From Lama guanicoe (taxonomy: Eukaryota), in assembly GCA_013239625.1 (NCBI GenBank), contig MU055864.1:1516307-1580306 (forward strand): 64,000 nt of DNA. Direction: 5' to 3'. A program made the translations under genes and the position numbers. The notes beneath the pieces are model-generated. The model searched no databases, was not told where the DNA came from, and saw only the letters and a program-made list of their open reading frames with translations. Positions 12,501-26,826 of the stretch are shown piece after piece (the stretch's first letter is position 1; each line of letters begins with the position of its first letter).

Positions 12501-13749
12501 GCAGTTTTTAACCCCTGGCCAATCTTGTTTCATTTTCAGACATACTATGCAATTATTTGGTTTGTGAAAATTCTAATTTAAGTCAAAATCTCTAAGTTAT
12601 CTATGAATAAATTGTTTTCATTAAATAAGCCTAACGTGATTCATATTTGTGCTGTCATTTTTTTTAAACTAATCTGCTTGCTGCATGAGCTGAAAAGAAT
12701 CCGAACTAAAAACTAGTCTCTGTTATGAGACAAAATGGCTTACATTAAAGGATTCTGTGCTGAATTAAAGCACTCAGAGCCCTTGGGTGGATGAATTAAA
12801 ATACTTTCTGCTACATTAGATAACAAGCAGTTTTGATTGCTTTGACCCACAAGTTTTTCCTTCATAATATATTGGCATCTAAATATGGTTAACACTTTTA
12901 TTGATCAAAATTTTGTGAATTATGAAATGATCTTTTGTCACTTTGAATTTTCTTGAGTTGAAAGCTATGAAGATCCTTGTTACTCAGTGTCAAGAAATAC
13001 ACGTTGAACCCCTGTGTGGGGGACAGTCTAGATTTACACAGAAGTGTTCTAAAAGAGTTTGTCACATGTTTTGAATGATTTTCTAAATCAAGTGGAAGGA
13101 CTTTCCTCAAATTGCTGCTGCCTAACCCCCCATGTGCTTTCTGATTCAGCTGCTCAGGTAAGGGTGTATCCCTTCAGATAAGAAGCATCTCTTTTGCTGT
13201 TACTGATGGAAATCTGTTATGTGGGACAGAAAAAGTTGACAGTCAATGATTTAAATAATAAATACATACTTACGCATGGAATAGAAATCTAAGATCGCTT
13301 AGAAGTGGAGAAAATGTCCACTTACATTTAAACCATAATTCTAGGAAATCTAGCCTAACTCTGGTAGGCTATATATAGCTAGCAATTTCTAAGTGTGCTT
13401 TTCAACAAGATATTTATAAACTCTTTTACTTGAAAGGTACTATAACATTTGAAAAACGTTAATGAGCATATTTTTAAATCACACAGTCTCCTAGGAGGAT
13501 ACTACCTATTTTTTATATAAGTACTAAAGGGACAAGAATTTAAACTAAAAATATTTGTTTTAATTGCGGTGAAATACACGCAACATAAAACGTGTCTTAT
13601 TGACCATTTTTAAATGTATAAAATGTAAGAATATTATTATATACCTTATGTGGTTTTGGACTCAATCAATTCTGACAAGTCAGTAGAAAATTACGTATTT
13701 ATCCACTAAGAGTAAATCCGCCACAGAATTGTCTGTGCTTGTTTTTCAG

Positions 13750-13878
13750 GTCATTACTTCTTTTTATGTGGAGCGTGGAGGAAACGCCATGTCCTTCATG
13801 GGAAAAGGTGTCACAAAGAGCACGGTCCTTTGCTTGCTTCACTTGTCCCACGAGATGATGGCACAGGCCCAGAGCTCG
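13750..13878 (+). CDS. RTTN: rotatin coding exon (~29), 129 nt, phase 0/0
   Basis: tttttcag|GTC...AGCTCG|gtgaga; [43 protein letters not shown]. Confidence 0.96.
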
Positions 13879-14346
13879 GTGAGAGCACGCAGAGCTGCCT
13901 GTGTTCCCAGCAGCTGCCAGGAAAGGAATGTGCTGTGTCCACACGTTTCAAGCCTATAGGTTTACTCTAGGAGCATGTCTCTTACTGACTTCTCTTTTTA
14001 GGAAGCAAAACTGATTTTTGACTAAGATGTTTCTTAGAAGCTATATAATACTCAGATCTGAATTTTATTTGAAATTTATTTTGATTGAAATCTGCATGCA
14101 CTGGAGGACTACATGTCTAAACCATGGGGAAAATAGCTGTTCTGAAGAAAAATTTTTATGTGTAACTTTTTATGGAGGAGCTGAGATTTTTGTTTGCCTT
14201 GTGTTGGCTAAATAATCAATTGAAACCAAGTCTTCAGCATATTTTTACTTTGTTTTGATTTTTTAAAATTCAGCTATTTTAAACTCTCTCTCTTTTATTC
14301 TTAGAAACTCACCTAACATGTTTCTATGCCCTTTTTTTCATTCTAG

Positions 14347-14457
14347 GAGTGGATGTCACTTTGGTTCTTGCCTCTGGGTAGTCAGGGCGAGGAACATGCC
14401 CCCACCCAGCAAGGCCTGGCATGGTTGATTCCGTTGTGGGTTGACCGAGACCCAGAG
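14347..14457 (+). CDS. RTTN: rotatin coding exon (~30), 111 nt, phase 0/0
   Basis: cattctag|GAG...CCAGAG|gtcagt; [37 protein letters not shown]. Confidence 0.96.
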
Positions 14458-14582
14458 GTCAGTGTGCAGCACAGTGGAGCCCACTGTGTGTAGGGTGAAG
14501 AACAAACGACATAAGTGCATATACACATTTAGATTTTCCAGAATGAGATTATTATGTTGACTAGACCTTAAGCTTTATTTAC

Positions 14583-14939
14583 TGAGTCTTAGTCAGCTTG
14601 GGCTGCATAATAAACACCATGGACTGGATGGCTTGAACAAGGAAATTAATTTCCTCAGGCTTCTGCAGGCTGGAAGTCGGGGGTGAAGGTGTCAGCATGC
14701 TCAGGCTTGGTGAGGACTCTGTCTGGCTGTCAGATGGCTCCCTGTTCACCATGTGCTCATATGACCTTTCCTCTCTTCCTCTTCTGATGAGGTCACCAGT
14801 CCTATCAGATTAGGACCCCACCCTTATGACCTCATTTACCCTTAATTATCTCCTAAAAGCCCTGTCCTCAAACACAGTCACATTAGGGGTTAGGGCTTTA
14901 ACCTGTGAATTTCGGGGGTATACATTTCAGCTCGTAGCA
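14583..14939 (-). mobile_element. MLT1A-type MaLR solo LTR, near full length
   Basis: gtcttagtcagcttgggctgc...ggctggaagtc...gattaggaccccacccttatgacctcatttacc...acagtcacattaggggttagggct...gtagca; about 357 bp. Confidence 0.88.
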
Positions 14940-15164
14940 CCCCCTATTCAGTCAGATTCAGAATACAGATTACAAATAGTAAGAAATGACATATTATACA
15001 ATTGGTCACTTTCAGAACAGTGAAGAAATACTGGAGAAGCCCAGCCATTTTTCACATAGCTTAGAAGGATAGTGACCAAGTGACATTTAACAGAATAGTA
15101 CCATTGCAGCACAATGTTTTGTATTATTAATGAGTTTTCCAGTTTTAGCCATTTGTCCCCTGAT

Positions 15165-15422
15165 TTTATTTTTTGAATCACCTTATTGAGGTATAATTGA
15201 CATATAAAAAGCTGTACACATTTAACTTGTACAGCTTCATGAATTTGGAGATAAGTATACACCCTTGAAATACGCGTCACCAGAATCAGTGCCATAAACA
15301 TACCCTTCACCTGCCAAAGTTTCCTCCTGTCCTCCTTACTGTTTGTTTTTGTAATTAGAACATTTGACGTAAGATTTGCCCTCTCAGCAAATTTTTAAGT
15401 ATCTAATACAGTACTGTTAACA
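15165..15422 (-). mobile_element. L1MA/L1MB 3' end
   Basis: ttattgaggtataattgacatataaaaagctgtacacatttaa...aaagtttcctcctg...ccctctcagcaaatttttaagta. Confidence 0.8.
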
Positions 15423-16107
15423 GCCTAGAGGTACATTCTTTAACCACATTGAACTTGGACTTACTGCTTGACTGTGCTATGACTGCATTGCTTTTTGTTA
15501 CTCTGAGTTATCAGTGAAACTCTGTTTTGAAATCAGAATTTAGAAGTTCACCAAAATATGTAGCTTGAGCAACAAGGGTATTGGCAAACACATTAAACCA
15601 GATCAATCTTATTTGAAACTTTTTTTTTAAAGTAATTTTTGGGAAAATACTAAGTGCCTTATAGAAAGATAATTCAGTTATTTCTCTTTGAAAAGAAGTT
15701 TCAAAGAAGTTAAAACCATTTGGAAGAAACACTGAAAATTTAAGGAAGGTAGAACAAAATGCTAGGTGTCCTCTTAAAAATGAGACATAAATAAGCATCA
15801 TGTTCATAAAAGACATGTAAGCACCCAATGCTTTCCCTAGAAAAAGGCTTTTGAACTGTAATTCTTATTCTTCTTTATACCTGGTTTTGACTTTTTGTGA
15901 CATTTGCTTTTCTTTAACTTTTGTTACCTATATTATTTCTTAAATCATGGAACAGGATTTTTACTCATTCATGAACTTAAAGAACAGTTTTCTTTAAGTG
16001 CCTTTTATGATTAAGGATTGTCAAGACAGTGTCATAAAAGTATGATATTTTGTGTACCAGAAGAGAAAGAATTCATGTTGTGAAGTCAGGTTCTTTGGCT
16101 TGAACAG

Positions 16108-16266
16108 GTGAGGTTCACTTCGCTGGGATTGGGATCAGCACTGACCACCCTTGCAGCTGGCTGTGTGGCCCTGGCCAGCAGTTGTCAGAACATCTCTGGT
16201 GGACTCTGGGGGACGGTGGTGAGCATTCTCCTGGACCAGTCGGAATGCAGCATGGTGCGCCGGGAG
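16108..16266 (+). CDS. RTTN: rotatin coding exon (~31), 159 nt, phase 0/0
   Basis: tgaacag|GTG...CGGGAG|gtaggc; [53 protein letters not shown]. Confidence 0.96.
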
Positions 16267-17484
16267 GTAGGCCTGTCTGTCTGCTTCCTCCTCCCTGTTC
16301 CCCTCGGCCGTCTGCCGTGACGATCCCTGTAAACCGCACGCCCTCTTCAGCTCGGTGGGCTGACCACTCACCATCATTTCTTCTTCCTGCGAAAAACGCG
16401 CATGAAATGATAGTAAAGGACAAAATGGTATCGATTCACTTAGTAAAAGTAGGAGTCCTTCACCCTGATAAGGTCAAAGCAGAATTTGGTGTATTTTATT
16501 AGGAACTCTTCTGTTTTATTACACACTGAAAAGTAGTGCAAAAGAAGAAAAATTACTTTTATATTATCTCAGTGTTTAAGTTTATAAAGCTTTACGTAAG
16601 GGACTGTCAAAATACCCTGTAGTATTTATTATATAACATATAGGAGGAAGAGTAAATGCTGTTTTAATTCTTTCTAAATGGTTTGTGGTTCTCTTTATTG
16701 CTGCTTTTATCAAAGTAATGATTGATGCAGACAGTTTTAAGAACTGTAATCAAATAGTGCTTAGAGGCTTGTAAAGAAAACAGCAGCTCCTGGGCCCATA
16801 ATTAGCCAGTTTCCAGTTCTAAAATCCAAAGGCTGCAGTTTTCTTATTATTTGTTTTTTAATAGTAATGCTTAAACTTGTAGCTTCCTCTTGGTTTACTA
16901 ACTTTAAAGATGACCTGTTGACTTCCAGTTAAGATGATTGAAAAATGTCACTCCCTCTGGATCTCCTCTGTTACTTGAGTTATTCTCTCATTGTATCGTT
17001 ATCTATCACTAAGTAGATAATCAGTGTTCACATTAGTATGATGATTTAATTTGACCACCTTCAGGACAGACCTAGGTATGTAAGTTGAACATTCATGGTT
17101 CATATTTCTAGTTAGCAATTTTTTATTGAGAGGAGCTTGTATGAGAAAGCAAGAGAAGGGGAGAGAGGCATGTGTATGATCTGTTAAGAGGACAATAGAA
17201 ACCAAAATATTTTTTTTAAATGCTACCAGAATGGTTTGTTTTACAGGTCATTTTTTGGAAAAACAAAATTCTGAAATAGGAAACAAATATATTTCCTGAT
17301 GAAGTGGTTTCCCCCTCTACTGTGTCGTCATCTAACAGGAAGGGCAGCTGGGGTGTTCTCATCATGGTCTCAGTGCGTGCAGTTGCCCAGGGATATGTCT
17401 TTTTGTTATGAAATGACAATATATTGGTTATTTCAGAGACGACAACAAGATGGCAGTGTTGACATTTTTTTCCTTTAATTTCAG

Positions 17485-17556
17485 GCTGCATTTATTCTTC
17501 AGAATCTCCTTGTAATTCCAATGCCCTCAGTAATTATAAAGGATTATACTTGGCAG
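17485..17556 (+). CDS. RTTN: rotatin coding exon (~32), 72 nt, phase 0/0
   Basis: aatttcag|GCT...TGGCAG|gtaggt; [24 protein letters not shown]. Confidence 0.95.
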
Positions 17557-17762
17557 GTAGGTGACTTTAAACAATGATCAACCCAGTAAGTGTTTGAGAT
17601 TAATCAGTGATAAATTTTCAGCATATGTATGTGTATATATTTCGTTACCCGTGGAACTTTATACAAGCCAACAGGATCTCTTAAAAGAGAATGTAGAAGT
17701 TTCTTATGCTTGGTCAGATCTACAGATTCTTCTCTGTGGTGTTAAAAATAATTTTAAACAGA

Positions 17763-17930
17763 AATAATAATTGCTAACATGGTGTTTACTATGTACTAGG
17801 CACCCTTAGAAGCATAACAAACATCAACTTGTGTAATGGTTTGAGTTGTGAACCCGTATTATCCACATTGTCTAGATTAAGAAAATATAGCACAGTGGGT
17901 TTAAGTCGTTTGCCCTAAATCACATCCTTC
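17763..17930 (-). mobile_element. MIR
   Basis: aataattgctaacat...tactatgtactaggcac...attatccacatt...gtttaagtcgtttgccctaaatcaca. Confidence 0.65.
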
Positions 17931-20297
17931 TGCTCTGAAACTTTGGGAAAATTTCTTTGCCACTAACTATACTATCTCTTTAATTTAATAATAATAAATA
18001 TGTTTATATGTAAATATGCATGATGTTAACATCTTTTTTTATGGATTAGTGCACAGTTAGTGTCATAATTTATCTTGCTTTGATTTCTGTTGGATTAATT
18101 TTTTATTTTATGTTCTGAGTATCAAGTCAGTAAGTAGTTTTCCCTAACTTTTTTGTAGCCTACTGCTTTTTAGATAATTTGGAGTTTAGAAAAGTGCTCT
18201 CTGTGGGGAGATAAGGTTTGCTCCTTTTCCACCCCATTCCTTATCTGTGTGTCCTGTCCTGTATGTGTATACTTACCACACTGTTGCATCTCACCCTCCA
18301 GGATCCTGGTCAAATCTAAAGTCTCCTTTGAAGTTTTCAGTAGAACACGTCTTTGGGGGAATTACTGTGTCTGGTTGAGCTGCAGGGAGGGCAGCTTTTC
18401 GGGCCGTCACCTGAAGCATGAGTCCAGGTGGCGTTAAGGCCTAGGTCTCCTTCACTCTTGGAAGGTTCACTTCTGCAAACTTGACAAACCCAAGTTCACT
18501 CTGGCAATTACTGTAAATCCCACGCTGCTTTTCTACTGGCTCCTCTAATTTGTTTAACATGCCTTCTGATAATGATTGTTATTCACAGTCTGTGTTGTAA
18601 TAAAACCAGAGGAGGCAAACTAGAAAGAATACACAGGATTAATATTTATATTAACAGTCTAGTGGTTTTGATGCCTGTTATCCAGTAACTAGATTTTAAA
18701 ACAGGTGCTGTTTTTGGCTTAAATGCAAATAATCTCTACTCCTATTGTTAAACTGGCAACACCTGTATACTATAACCTTGGTGACGTACTGCCAGTGAAT
18801 TCTTTATTATTGAAGTAAGTATAATAATATAAGGGCAAGAGTAATAAGATTTCTGGGTTCTATTACAGATCTTGGGACATGATAATACAGAACCATGTGG
18901 AGAAGTTGATTTTTTCTAACAAGTTAAATAGTATACAGTTCCTTTTTGCTACTGGTGACATGCTCAGTACAGCTTTCTGGTTTTGTGACTCTCCAGTTCT
19001 CCATCACAGAATTAATTTTCTACTAAAAAGTTGAAAACAGTGGTTTAAGTGTGCTTTTGGAGTCTTACGCTTTGCCTGTATTGGCCAGAGTCAAAAATAT
19101 TTGAGAGCTACTCTAATCCAAGATAGTACTTGATGATGGAACTTCTGTTAGTCTTAAGCAAAACTGGAAAAATAAATAAGTCTAATTGTTCTGTGCTTTT
19201 TAAATAAACTCACATTTTCTTCCTCTCTCTTTCTTTTAATATGTTTTTGGTTATTATTTTTGTTTTTAAGTGTCCTAACTTAGCAGTAAAAGTAGTTGGT
19301 AATCTAGTATTTGTTCCCCAATCTTTAAAAAGCTTAGCGATACTTTAAATCCCAGAGTGGAAACAGCTGCTCTAGTAAAGGCACATGGTAGCCTTCAGAT
19401 ATAGTTGATGGAATTTTATAATCTCTAAGAAGCTGTGACATTTGTCAGTTTACTACAGCCGGAAAAAAGGTGCTACTTTTCCAGTATTTTAAAGTTAAAA
19501 CTGTCATTGGTAAAACGATAAGTAATAATCTTACTCAACAAAATGTTTCATTTACTTGTCTTGGTGCGTATTTCTCAGTGTTTTGGAGGATACAGCATGG
19601 AGGAAGCAGCACTGGTATCTCGAAGCTTTGTAAATATTCTGTTTTGGATGAGTTGATATTTGATTAATTATGTTTTACAAGGAGGATTGCTTTTCCTGCT
19701 TTGCGTGTTGTTTTGATGCCTGACGTCTGGATCGACGCCCTCTGTACTCTTGCTCACAGGGCGTTGTGCAGTGCCCCCTTTATGACTGTCACCCCTTTCT
19801 CAGTTTCCCCCCACACACCCGGCATACAGTGCGATTTCATGTCGTTATTGGAGTTGTACCTCTCCGTGGTAGTAATGTGCATGTGTAAATTTTGAGTTGT
19901 ATAAATGGCCAGGTTTCTTTTTGTGGTTAAGTGTAGTGTCCTCCTGGCAAATGTCGTAGATACTTTTTTAGCTTCATTCCTGGTTCCACTGTTTTCATAC
20001 CTTTGTTTTTCTTTCATTTTTGCTGTACTTGTACTATCCTGTTATAATTTCCCTTTCCTTGTAATAAGGCTTAAATCTTTTTGGAATAAGGTAAGACACA
20101 AATCATTTAAAGTTTTTTCGGAGAGGGGGGTTGGAAGGAATATTTATTAAAGTTATAAATTTTATAAAAATTTAGTTTTTCCTTAAGTTTTAAGATTCAG
20201 CTTATAGTTTTTCTTTTTTCTTATTCTATTTATAAGTCTACCAAATTTAACTATCTTTTAAAGGGGCTTTTTGGATGATGTTTGTTTCATTTACAGA

Positions 20298-20442
20298 CTT
20301 TTTTTAAATTGAGTTATAGTTGATGTACAATATTATATAAGTTTCAGGTGTACAACATAGTAATTCACAATTCTTAAAGATTCTATTGCATTTATAGTTA
20401 TTATAAAATATTGGCTATATTCCCTGTGTTGTGCAATAAACC
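20298..20442 (-). mobile_element. short laurasiatherian L1 (L1MA9-like) 3' end
   Basis: ttgagttatagttgatgtacaatattatataagtttcaggtgtacaacatagt...aaatattggctatattccctgtgttgt. Confidence 0.8.
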
Positions 20443-21479
20443 ATTTTTTATTTTCAAAGGTATTTTAAAAAAGACTTTTACTAACTGCTGCAGTCCATCT
20501 AAATCTTCCTGTTCCCTGAAAGATACCAGCATTTAATGCCTATACCATTCAGTTAGGTTCTTTCTCAGACATTACCTTTACTGCCTTGCCTGTTTCTTAC
20601 CATTTAACTTAATCTTCCTAGGTGGAATGTGTATCTTAGGACCACATTTTTAATGTTAAAAAAAAAGTTTCTCCCGCCCCGATCACAGAGAAGACGGCAC
20701 TCCGTCACTCTTGGCTAATGTGCAAATCGTTTCACTTATCCCTTTAGTCTTATTGGTATTGCTAAGTAGATAAAGTTGAATGTGAGGTCTAAGTTTTTGT
20801 AGCGTGTTTCCCATGTACCTTTTCATGGGTGCAGAAATGCACTGTTTTTTAAGAGCAACCTTTATAATATTGGGGTTTCTTTCTTCAAGGCTCATCCCTC
20901 TCAGGGAGCAAACACAGAATCACTGTCGAAAGGACCCTAAGCTGTGTTGTGTTCCCCGCTGTCCAGGGTCTTGTAAACTGGTTTCCTACAGTCTGAGTGG
21001 ATATAGTGCTCTTGGATGTGGAAGATTCTGTTGGTGGCTGCGGTTTGAGGACTGTTGTCACAAATCCATATCCCTGCAACTTTAACAACCAGAATGGAAT
21101 TTTAGAGTTGATTATAACAAGAAATCTGTTAGATAGAAATTATCTTTGTAGTTTGTTTCAGTTCATTTCTCTAAATGTTTGTTGAGTATTTAAATGTGGG
21201 GACTCACAGATGATCAGATTTAATGCTTTGGGGCTTACGGCCTGTGGGGGAAGACAAACACATACCTAGACAACGTTACTACAGTAACGTTTTTCTATGA
21301 TGATGGTAGCTTATGTGTAATATTTGTAATATTAAAGTTATTCTTTCCCTTGAAAATGTATCACACATTTAAGTGTAAAGGTAGTTTCATCCACTTATAT
21401 AATATAGTGAGACATCAGCTTGTTCATGCTTTAGTTCTTTTCTACATTTGTGATAAGACCTTGAGTTGGCACATTTGTT

Positions 21480-22630
21480 TTATTTTGAAAAAAATTAGAG
21501 TTGCAGAAACAACAGTTTTTGTGTATTCTTCACCCAGATTCCTCAGATGTTACACTTTTACCATATTTGCTTTAGCTCTACCTAGAATCTTCTTTCTGAG
21601 CCATTTGAGAGTCGCAGACATAATGCTTCTATTTTCCCTGAATATTTAATTGTGAGTGTCCTAAAAACAAGGAGAGTCTCTTACAGGACTACCATAATAA
21701 TAATCAAAGTTAAGAAATTATTCAGATTTTTCCAATTGTCACACTACTGTCTTTTACAGAAAAAAAAACACCCAGTGAGGATCTAGGATCCAATTCGGGA
21801 ACACGTGTTGCGTGTAGCTGTCATGTCTGTTAAGTTTCTTATCTAAAATAGTTCCTAAATCTTTAACATTTATGACCTTAGCATTTTTGAGGAGCACAGG
21901 CTGTTTAGTTTTTGTAGTATTTTTAAATTAGGTTTGTTTCCCCATGATTAGATTCAGATTATGAGTTTTTGGCAGAAAAGCCACAAAAGCGATGTGCTCT
22001 CAGTGCATTACATCAGGAGACAGGCTGTCTCTTTGCTGCATTGCTGGTAATATTAACCTTGCTTTCTTGGTTAACAGAGAGTTTGCCTGTTTTCTCCATT
22101 GTGGACTTACTTTTTTATTTTGCCAGGGGATGTTTGAGACTAAAATATCTGTTTCTCTTCAGCTTTTACTAATTTTAACTTTATTTGTGATTTCTTGTCT
22201 GAAGCAGTTATCACTGAATGTTTGTCAAATGATGATTTTCTAATTCCATCATTTCTTCTACATTCATCACATTTTACTGTAAGGAAGAGGTTTCCTTTCT
22301 TATTTATTCATTTATTTATTTATACCAATATGGACTCAAGAACTCTTAGTCTGTTTCATGGGTTATAATGTTTCTATCATTATTTATTGAGATGCTCATA
22401 TTGTTTCAGATTTGCCGGGGAGGAGTCCCCTCCTATGTCCTTTTAACATGTCTTCGTCAATCTTTGAGAACTTCCTTACTCTCTGGTATAGGAAGGTGTT
22501 CTAGACTTTGCCAGCCCCAACCTGGAATCAGATACTTGTTCAAAGAGCCCTGATTTCTTTCAGTGGAGAGTGATACATAGAAATGAGATCTGGGTTTTAG
22601 ATGTGCACTCGCAGTGGACAGACCTGGCAC
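21480..22630 (-). mobile_element. L1MC4-like 3' UTR
   Basis: ttcacccagattc...ctgagccatttgagagt...cctaaaaacaagg...cccatgattagattcagattatg...caaagagccctgatttctttcagtggaga. Confidence 0.8.
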
Positions 22631-24399
22631 CTGGGTATGTGTCTATCTGTGTTGCAGACAGATGTTCAGCTCACTTACAGTTCTGTGCATCATTTTCATA
22701 TTTGATGTGATAATTACTGATGCGTATTTTTCATCTTTTAATGTGTTCATCGTGAATCATCATGAGTATTGATTTCACAAAACAATAAGTAGTTGGTGTC
22801 AGAGGAGCAATATCATTTTAACTATATTCATAATTTATATGTAGTTAGGGATTTCTTATGTAATTAGGATCATTTTTTCCAATCTCTGTATTACATTATA
22901 GTATTTTAAAAGTTTTTTATATATCAAAATAATTATTTTTTCTTCCTGGAAGTATTCTTCATTCTTCTTAAATATAATTTGATTCTGCTCCTAGTTCCTT
23001 CGGAATCATAGCTAATAGATGTGCTAGTTCTCTGACACTAGGAGTAAAATACGTTTTAAATGTAGTAGTATAGCTTATTGAATCCTTGAGAACAGTATTT
23101 TCAAATTAATCAGCATCTTCTATGACATAATTAATTTGCATTTGCTGTTTTCTTTGTAAGTTTATTTGTAATGGCACCTGGTGACTTGAAGAGTTTTCTT
23201 TCTTTGCCTACCGTCCTCAGCTCTCCCTGGCAATTTCGCAGATGATCTGGCAGCCCCAGTACTCACCCGAGGGCAAGGCTGGTAAGGATATAGACATCTT
23301 GAGACAGAGCAATTAGGCTGTGCTGACTTCCCCCCTTTGCCAGAAGACAGCCCCATCAATTACTGATGGACCTGTGGAGCGGAGCCTAGTCTATGCATGA
23401 ATGGCTCCATTGTTCTGGCCCCTTTACAGCAGTCATGTGTGGAAAGCCTGAGTCACGCCGTCTTTTGTGCACATGCTGGGCTTGGCTCCACTGTCGCGAT
23501 GAAAGCTCTGCTGATAATGTGCTGGTGCCGCTAGGAAGCTCTGGCCCATGGAGACTGGGGATTCCGGCTAAATGCTCAGTTAAAATATAAGTCAAATAAA
23601 AAATAATGGTTATGTCATATGTACTTATTCCAGATCATTTGTTTCCTTGAGAAGTTTAAAAATATTTTGAAGAATTGTTCTAATTTTTAGAAGAAATCAT
23701 TATTTTCAAGAAATAAATATATACGTTAAAAAAAGCTAATAGAGCTTATTATGAAATTCACTACCCCCTCCATTCACAGAGACAGCTTTACCTCCTACTG
23801 ATGTTAATTCTTCAGGTAGTTACATTCCTGTCTCTAAATAGTATGTTTACAGTAATATGTTTGTTCCTTTACTGTGTCAGTGTATACAGTGCAGCTCATT
23901 TAAACAGTGTCCTACCAGTACAGTTCTGTTACTGGTCTGAGTTTCTCCCCTGTTCACCCCTGCTGTTTGTGGTCTCCTTCCCTGTGAATTAGGTCTTTTG
24001 GCCCCTCGTTTAGGAGGTAAGGTGTGGCTAAGCTGGGCCTGTCCTTTTGTCGGTGTCTCCTCCCCCATTCCTGCTGCTAGTCTTCGCCAGTTCTATCTCT
24101 GCTTTTACTTTGTGAGGGCTGATTATGTTTAGATTCTCTTCTGCAGCCTCGATGTATCTGTAGGTTGATTCTAAACAGTGAGAACCAGTAATTGACTACA
24201 GAGCCATTTATTGGGCTGTGGTATACTTTCTTATCTCTGCTTCCAGGGCTGTGATCCCTCTGGCACTCAGAGGAAAACTTCTCTGGTATTTATTATTTGT
24301 GTGTGTGTGTAGACTTTTAAAAATTGATTTGGGCATTGGGTGCCCCCCCCCAGAATTTCTATTAATTTTTTTTCTTGCATTGTGAATCCGTATCATAGC

Positions 24400-24990
24400 T
24401 CCAGTTTTTCTAAGCTTTTAATCATCCTTTCTCTTCAGTTAGAATACCCTTTCCTAGTAATTATCCTCAAAATAGTTGTGTTCCTACCTAAAAACAAAAG
24501 CATGACAGACAAACTTCTGAGTTATTGTTTGTTTGAAAATATATTTAAATTGCACTGGATTGAGGTTTGGGTTACCAGTTATAGGATTCAAACCACTCCT
24601 CATAAGAATCTTGCTCCACTGTCTTCTGAAACCTCATGCTACTGATGAGAAGTCAGACACCCTTCTCATGCTCTTTGTGGGTGACTTTTTCTTTTACCAC
24701 CTTCAGTTTGTCTTTGATGTTCTGGAATTTTATGATTATACGTCTTTTTTCATTTCTCTCACTTGACATTTATTAAGCTCCTTCATTTGGAAACGTAGAT
24801 GTTCTGTATCTTTTGGCTCTGATAATTTTTTTCATATTTATTTATTTTAAAAAAGACTTCTCCTTTTTCTTTGTTTTTTCTTTCCACAAATTATAAGAGT
24901 GTTATATTAGGCCTCTTGAATTAATTTTCTGTACCCTTACCTTTTTTTATTTCTGTTTCCTAGTCTTTAAATTCTGGGTATTAGTTCTTT
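24400..24990 (-). mobile_element. old L1ME/HAL1-like fragment
   Basis: ttgctccactgtcttctg...ctgatgagaagtc...tttgatgttctggaatttt motif series. Confidence 0.55.
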
Positions 24991-26826
24991 TATTTCTAAC
25001 AGAATTAGTTTAACTTCTTCAATCTTGGTAGGCCGAATAATTCTCACAGGAATTTATGGGTAAAGGAAAAAATTAGGCTGTGAAACTTCACTAGGGAGAT
25101 TTAAATTTATGTCTCTTACGACCTCATTTGTTATTTTTATTTTCTAAGTCTTTTCTTTTTATATTAGTATGAGCTGGAGAAAAAAATGTATTTTAAAATA
25201 TATATTAATTGAAGAGTAAGTGTGATTATGTTAATTATATTCTTTATTACCATGATAATTATATTTATTTATAGAATACTAAGTTGTACATCGTACTTAC
25301 ATGCGTAACTTCTCACTTACTTTGAAAATACATATAACTGAAGAGAAGATGGATTTTAGAAGACACTGAGTTTGTAACACCTTCCCTTCCATCAGATAGT
25401 GTAGCCATCAGTCTTAGCAGACCTTCACAGAGATATTCAGCAGATTTAGGAAGTCTTGAGGAACTTGTTTTCAACATTTATACAGTTTATATTCTTTCAT
25501 GTACTTTTGGTTAAACCTTTGTGAATTTGGCCTGTGGCTGTAACTCATCCAGGAAACAATTATATAGCAGATGATTTTGCAAAAGTAAAAATTTTGAATA
25601 ATTTCCTATAATCTGTGTAATAAAATATTTGGAAATTGTTCTGAGCATTATTATGAAATGTGTCTAGAAAATAGTGTTTTTGCTACTTTGTCTGATAATT
25701 TTATTTTATTGATTTACTGAGGTTTGTTACGTAGTTGGGAGTTAAGCCAGTAACCTTAGCTGAATTATTTATAATTCTCATCTTGTTTGTTGATCCGTCC
25801 TGCAGTCATTATAATGAGGACTTTGATTTGTGATTTAAAGTTACTATTGCTAATCTCTCGCGTGTTTGACAGTTTTTTTTATATTTACGGATGCTTAAAA
25901 GATAAAGCATTTTGAAGCTGTGAATGTTAGGATTCGCTGAGTGACTCTGGATGAATTACTTCATCCTGGGTAAATAAGGTAACGCATGAAAGGGCCACAT
26001 CGCCTGAAGCGTATACCCAGGTTCTAGGCAGGAACCCCGTGACCCTGCTCTCCATACACTCTTGTTTCACCTGCTGATCCTGAGCTCTGAATTTAAAGTT
26101 ACGGTGACTAACATCTGCTGACTGCTCATTAAAAAGTCTTATTTCTTCTTAAGCATGTACATTGCTCTGTTTATAGAGAGTAAGCTCACAGTGTTGGGTA
26201 GGTTTTTTAGAGCACGAGAATAACAAATTCATAACAATAGAACGTATTTAATACTGAAGTAAGAGTTTCAACTTTAGTAAAACTCTTAGAAGAGTTAATG
26301 GAAATAATCTCTTTAATGTAATTATACCTTTAACTATTACTTCATCATCTTGGATAGTAAGTTTTAATATCCATCTTTCCTTAGTGATCAGGAAGCATGC
26401 GAGAAGGGACATATATGCAAATGTCACAGTTAATGATAAACTTTGGGTAGGTTTTAACCGTATCTTTCTTGTTGGTACATAGATTTCTACTTTCTGTCTT
26501 TTATTTTTCTCTCTTATGGTCTGTTTTAAAAATCTTAATTATATTTGATTATCATTTTCCAAAAAAATAGAAATAGTTATAAACACTATGATGTGATTAT
26601 TTGTATACTTTAAACCGATCCTTTTTGTACTTTTAACTGAATCCTTGATTTTTGCCATTGGATATTCCAGAAAAAACAGTGGCAGTGCAAAAAGTTATTT
26701 GAAAAAAAGTACAAAGAGATTGAAATTGTGCAATGGTAGATTCTTCTCAGCCTCCAGCTGGAAAGTGTGTACGTGTGTATTTTTGCATGCACACGTGTGG
26801 TTTCCTTGAAAGAAGGGTTAATTCAG

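Noticed and set aside
14883-14895. ttaggggttaggg telomere-like motif
   Set aside because: It is part of the MLT1A LTR sequence.
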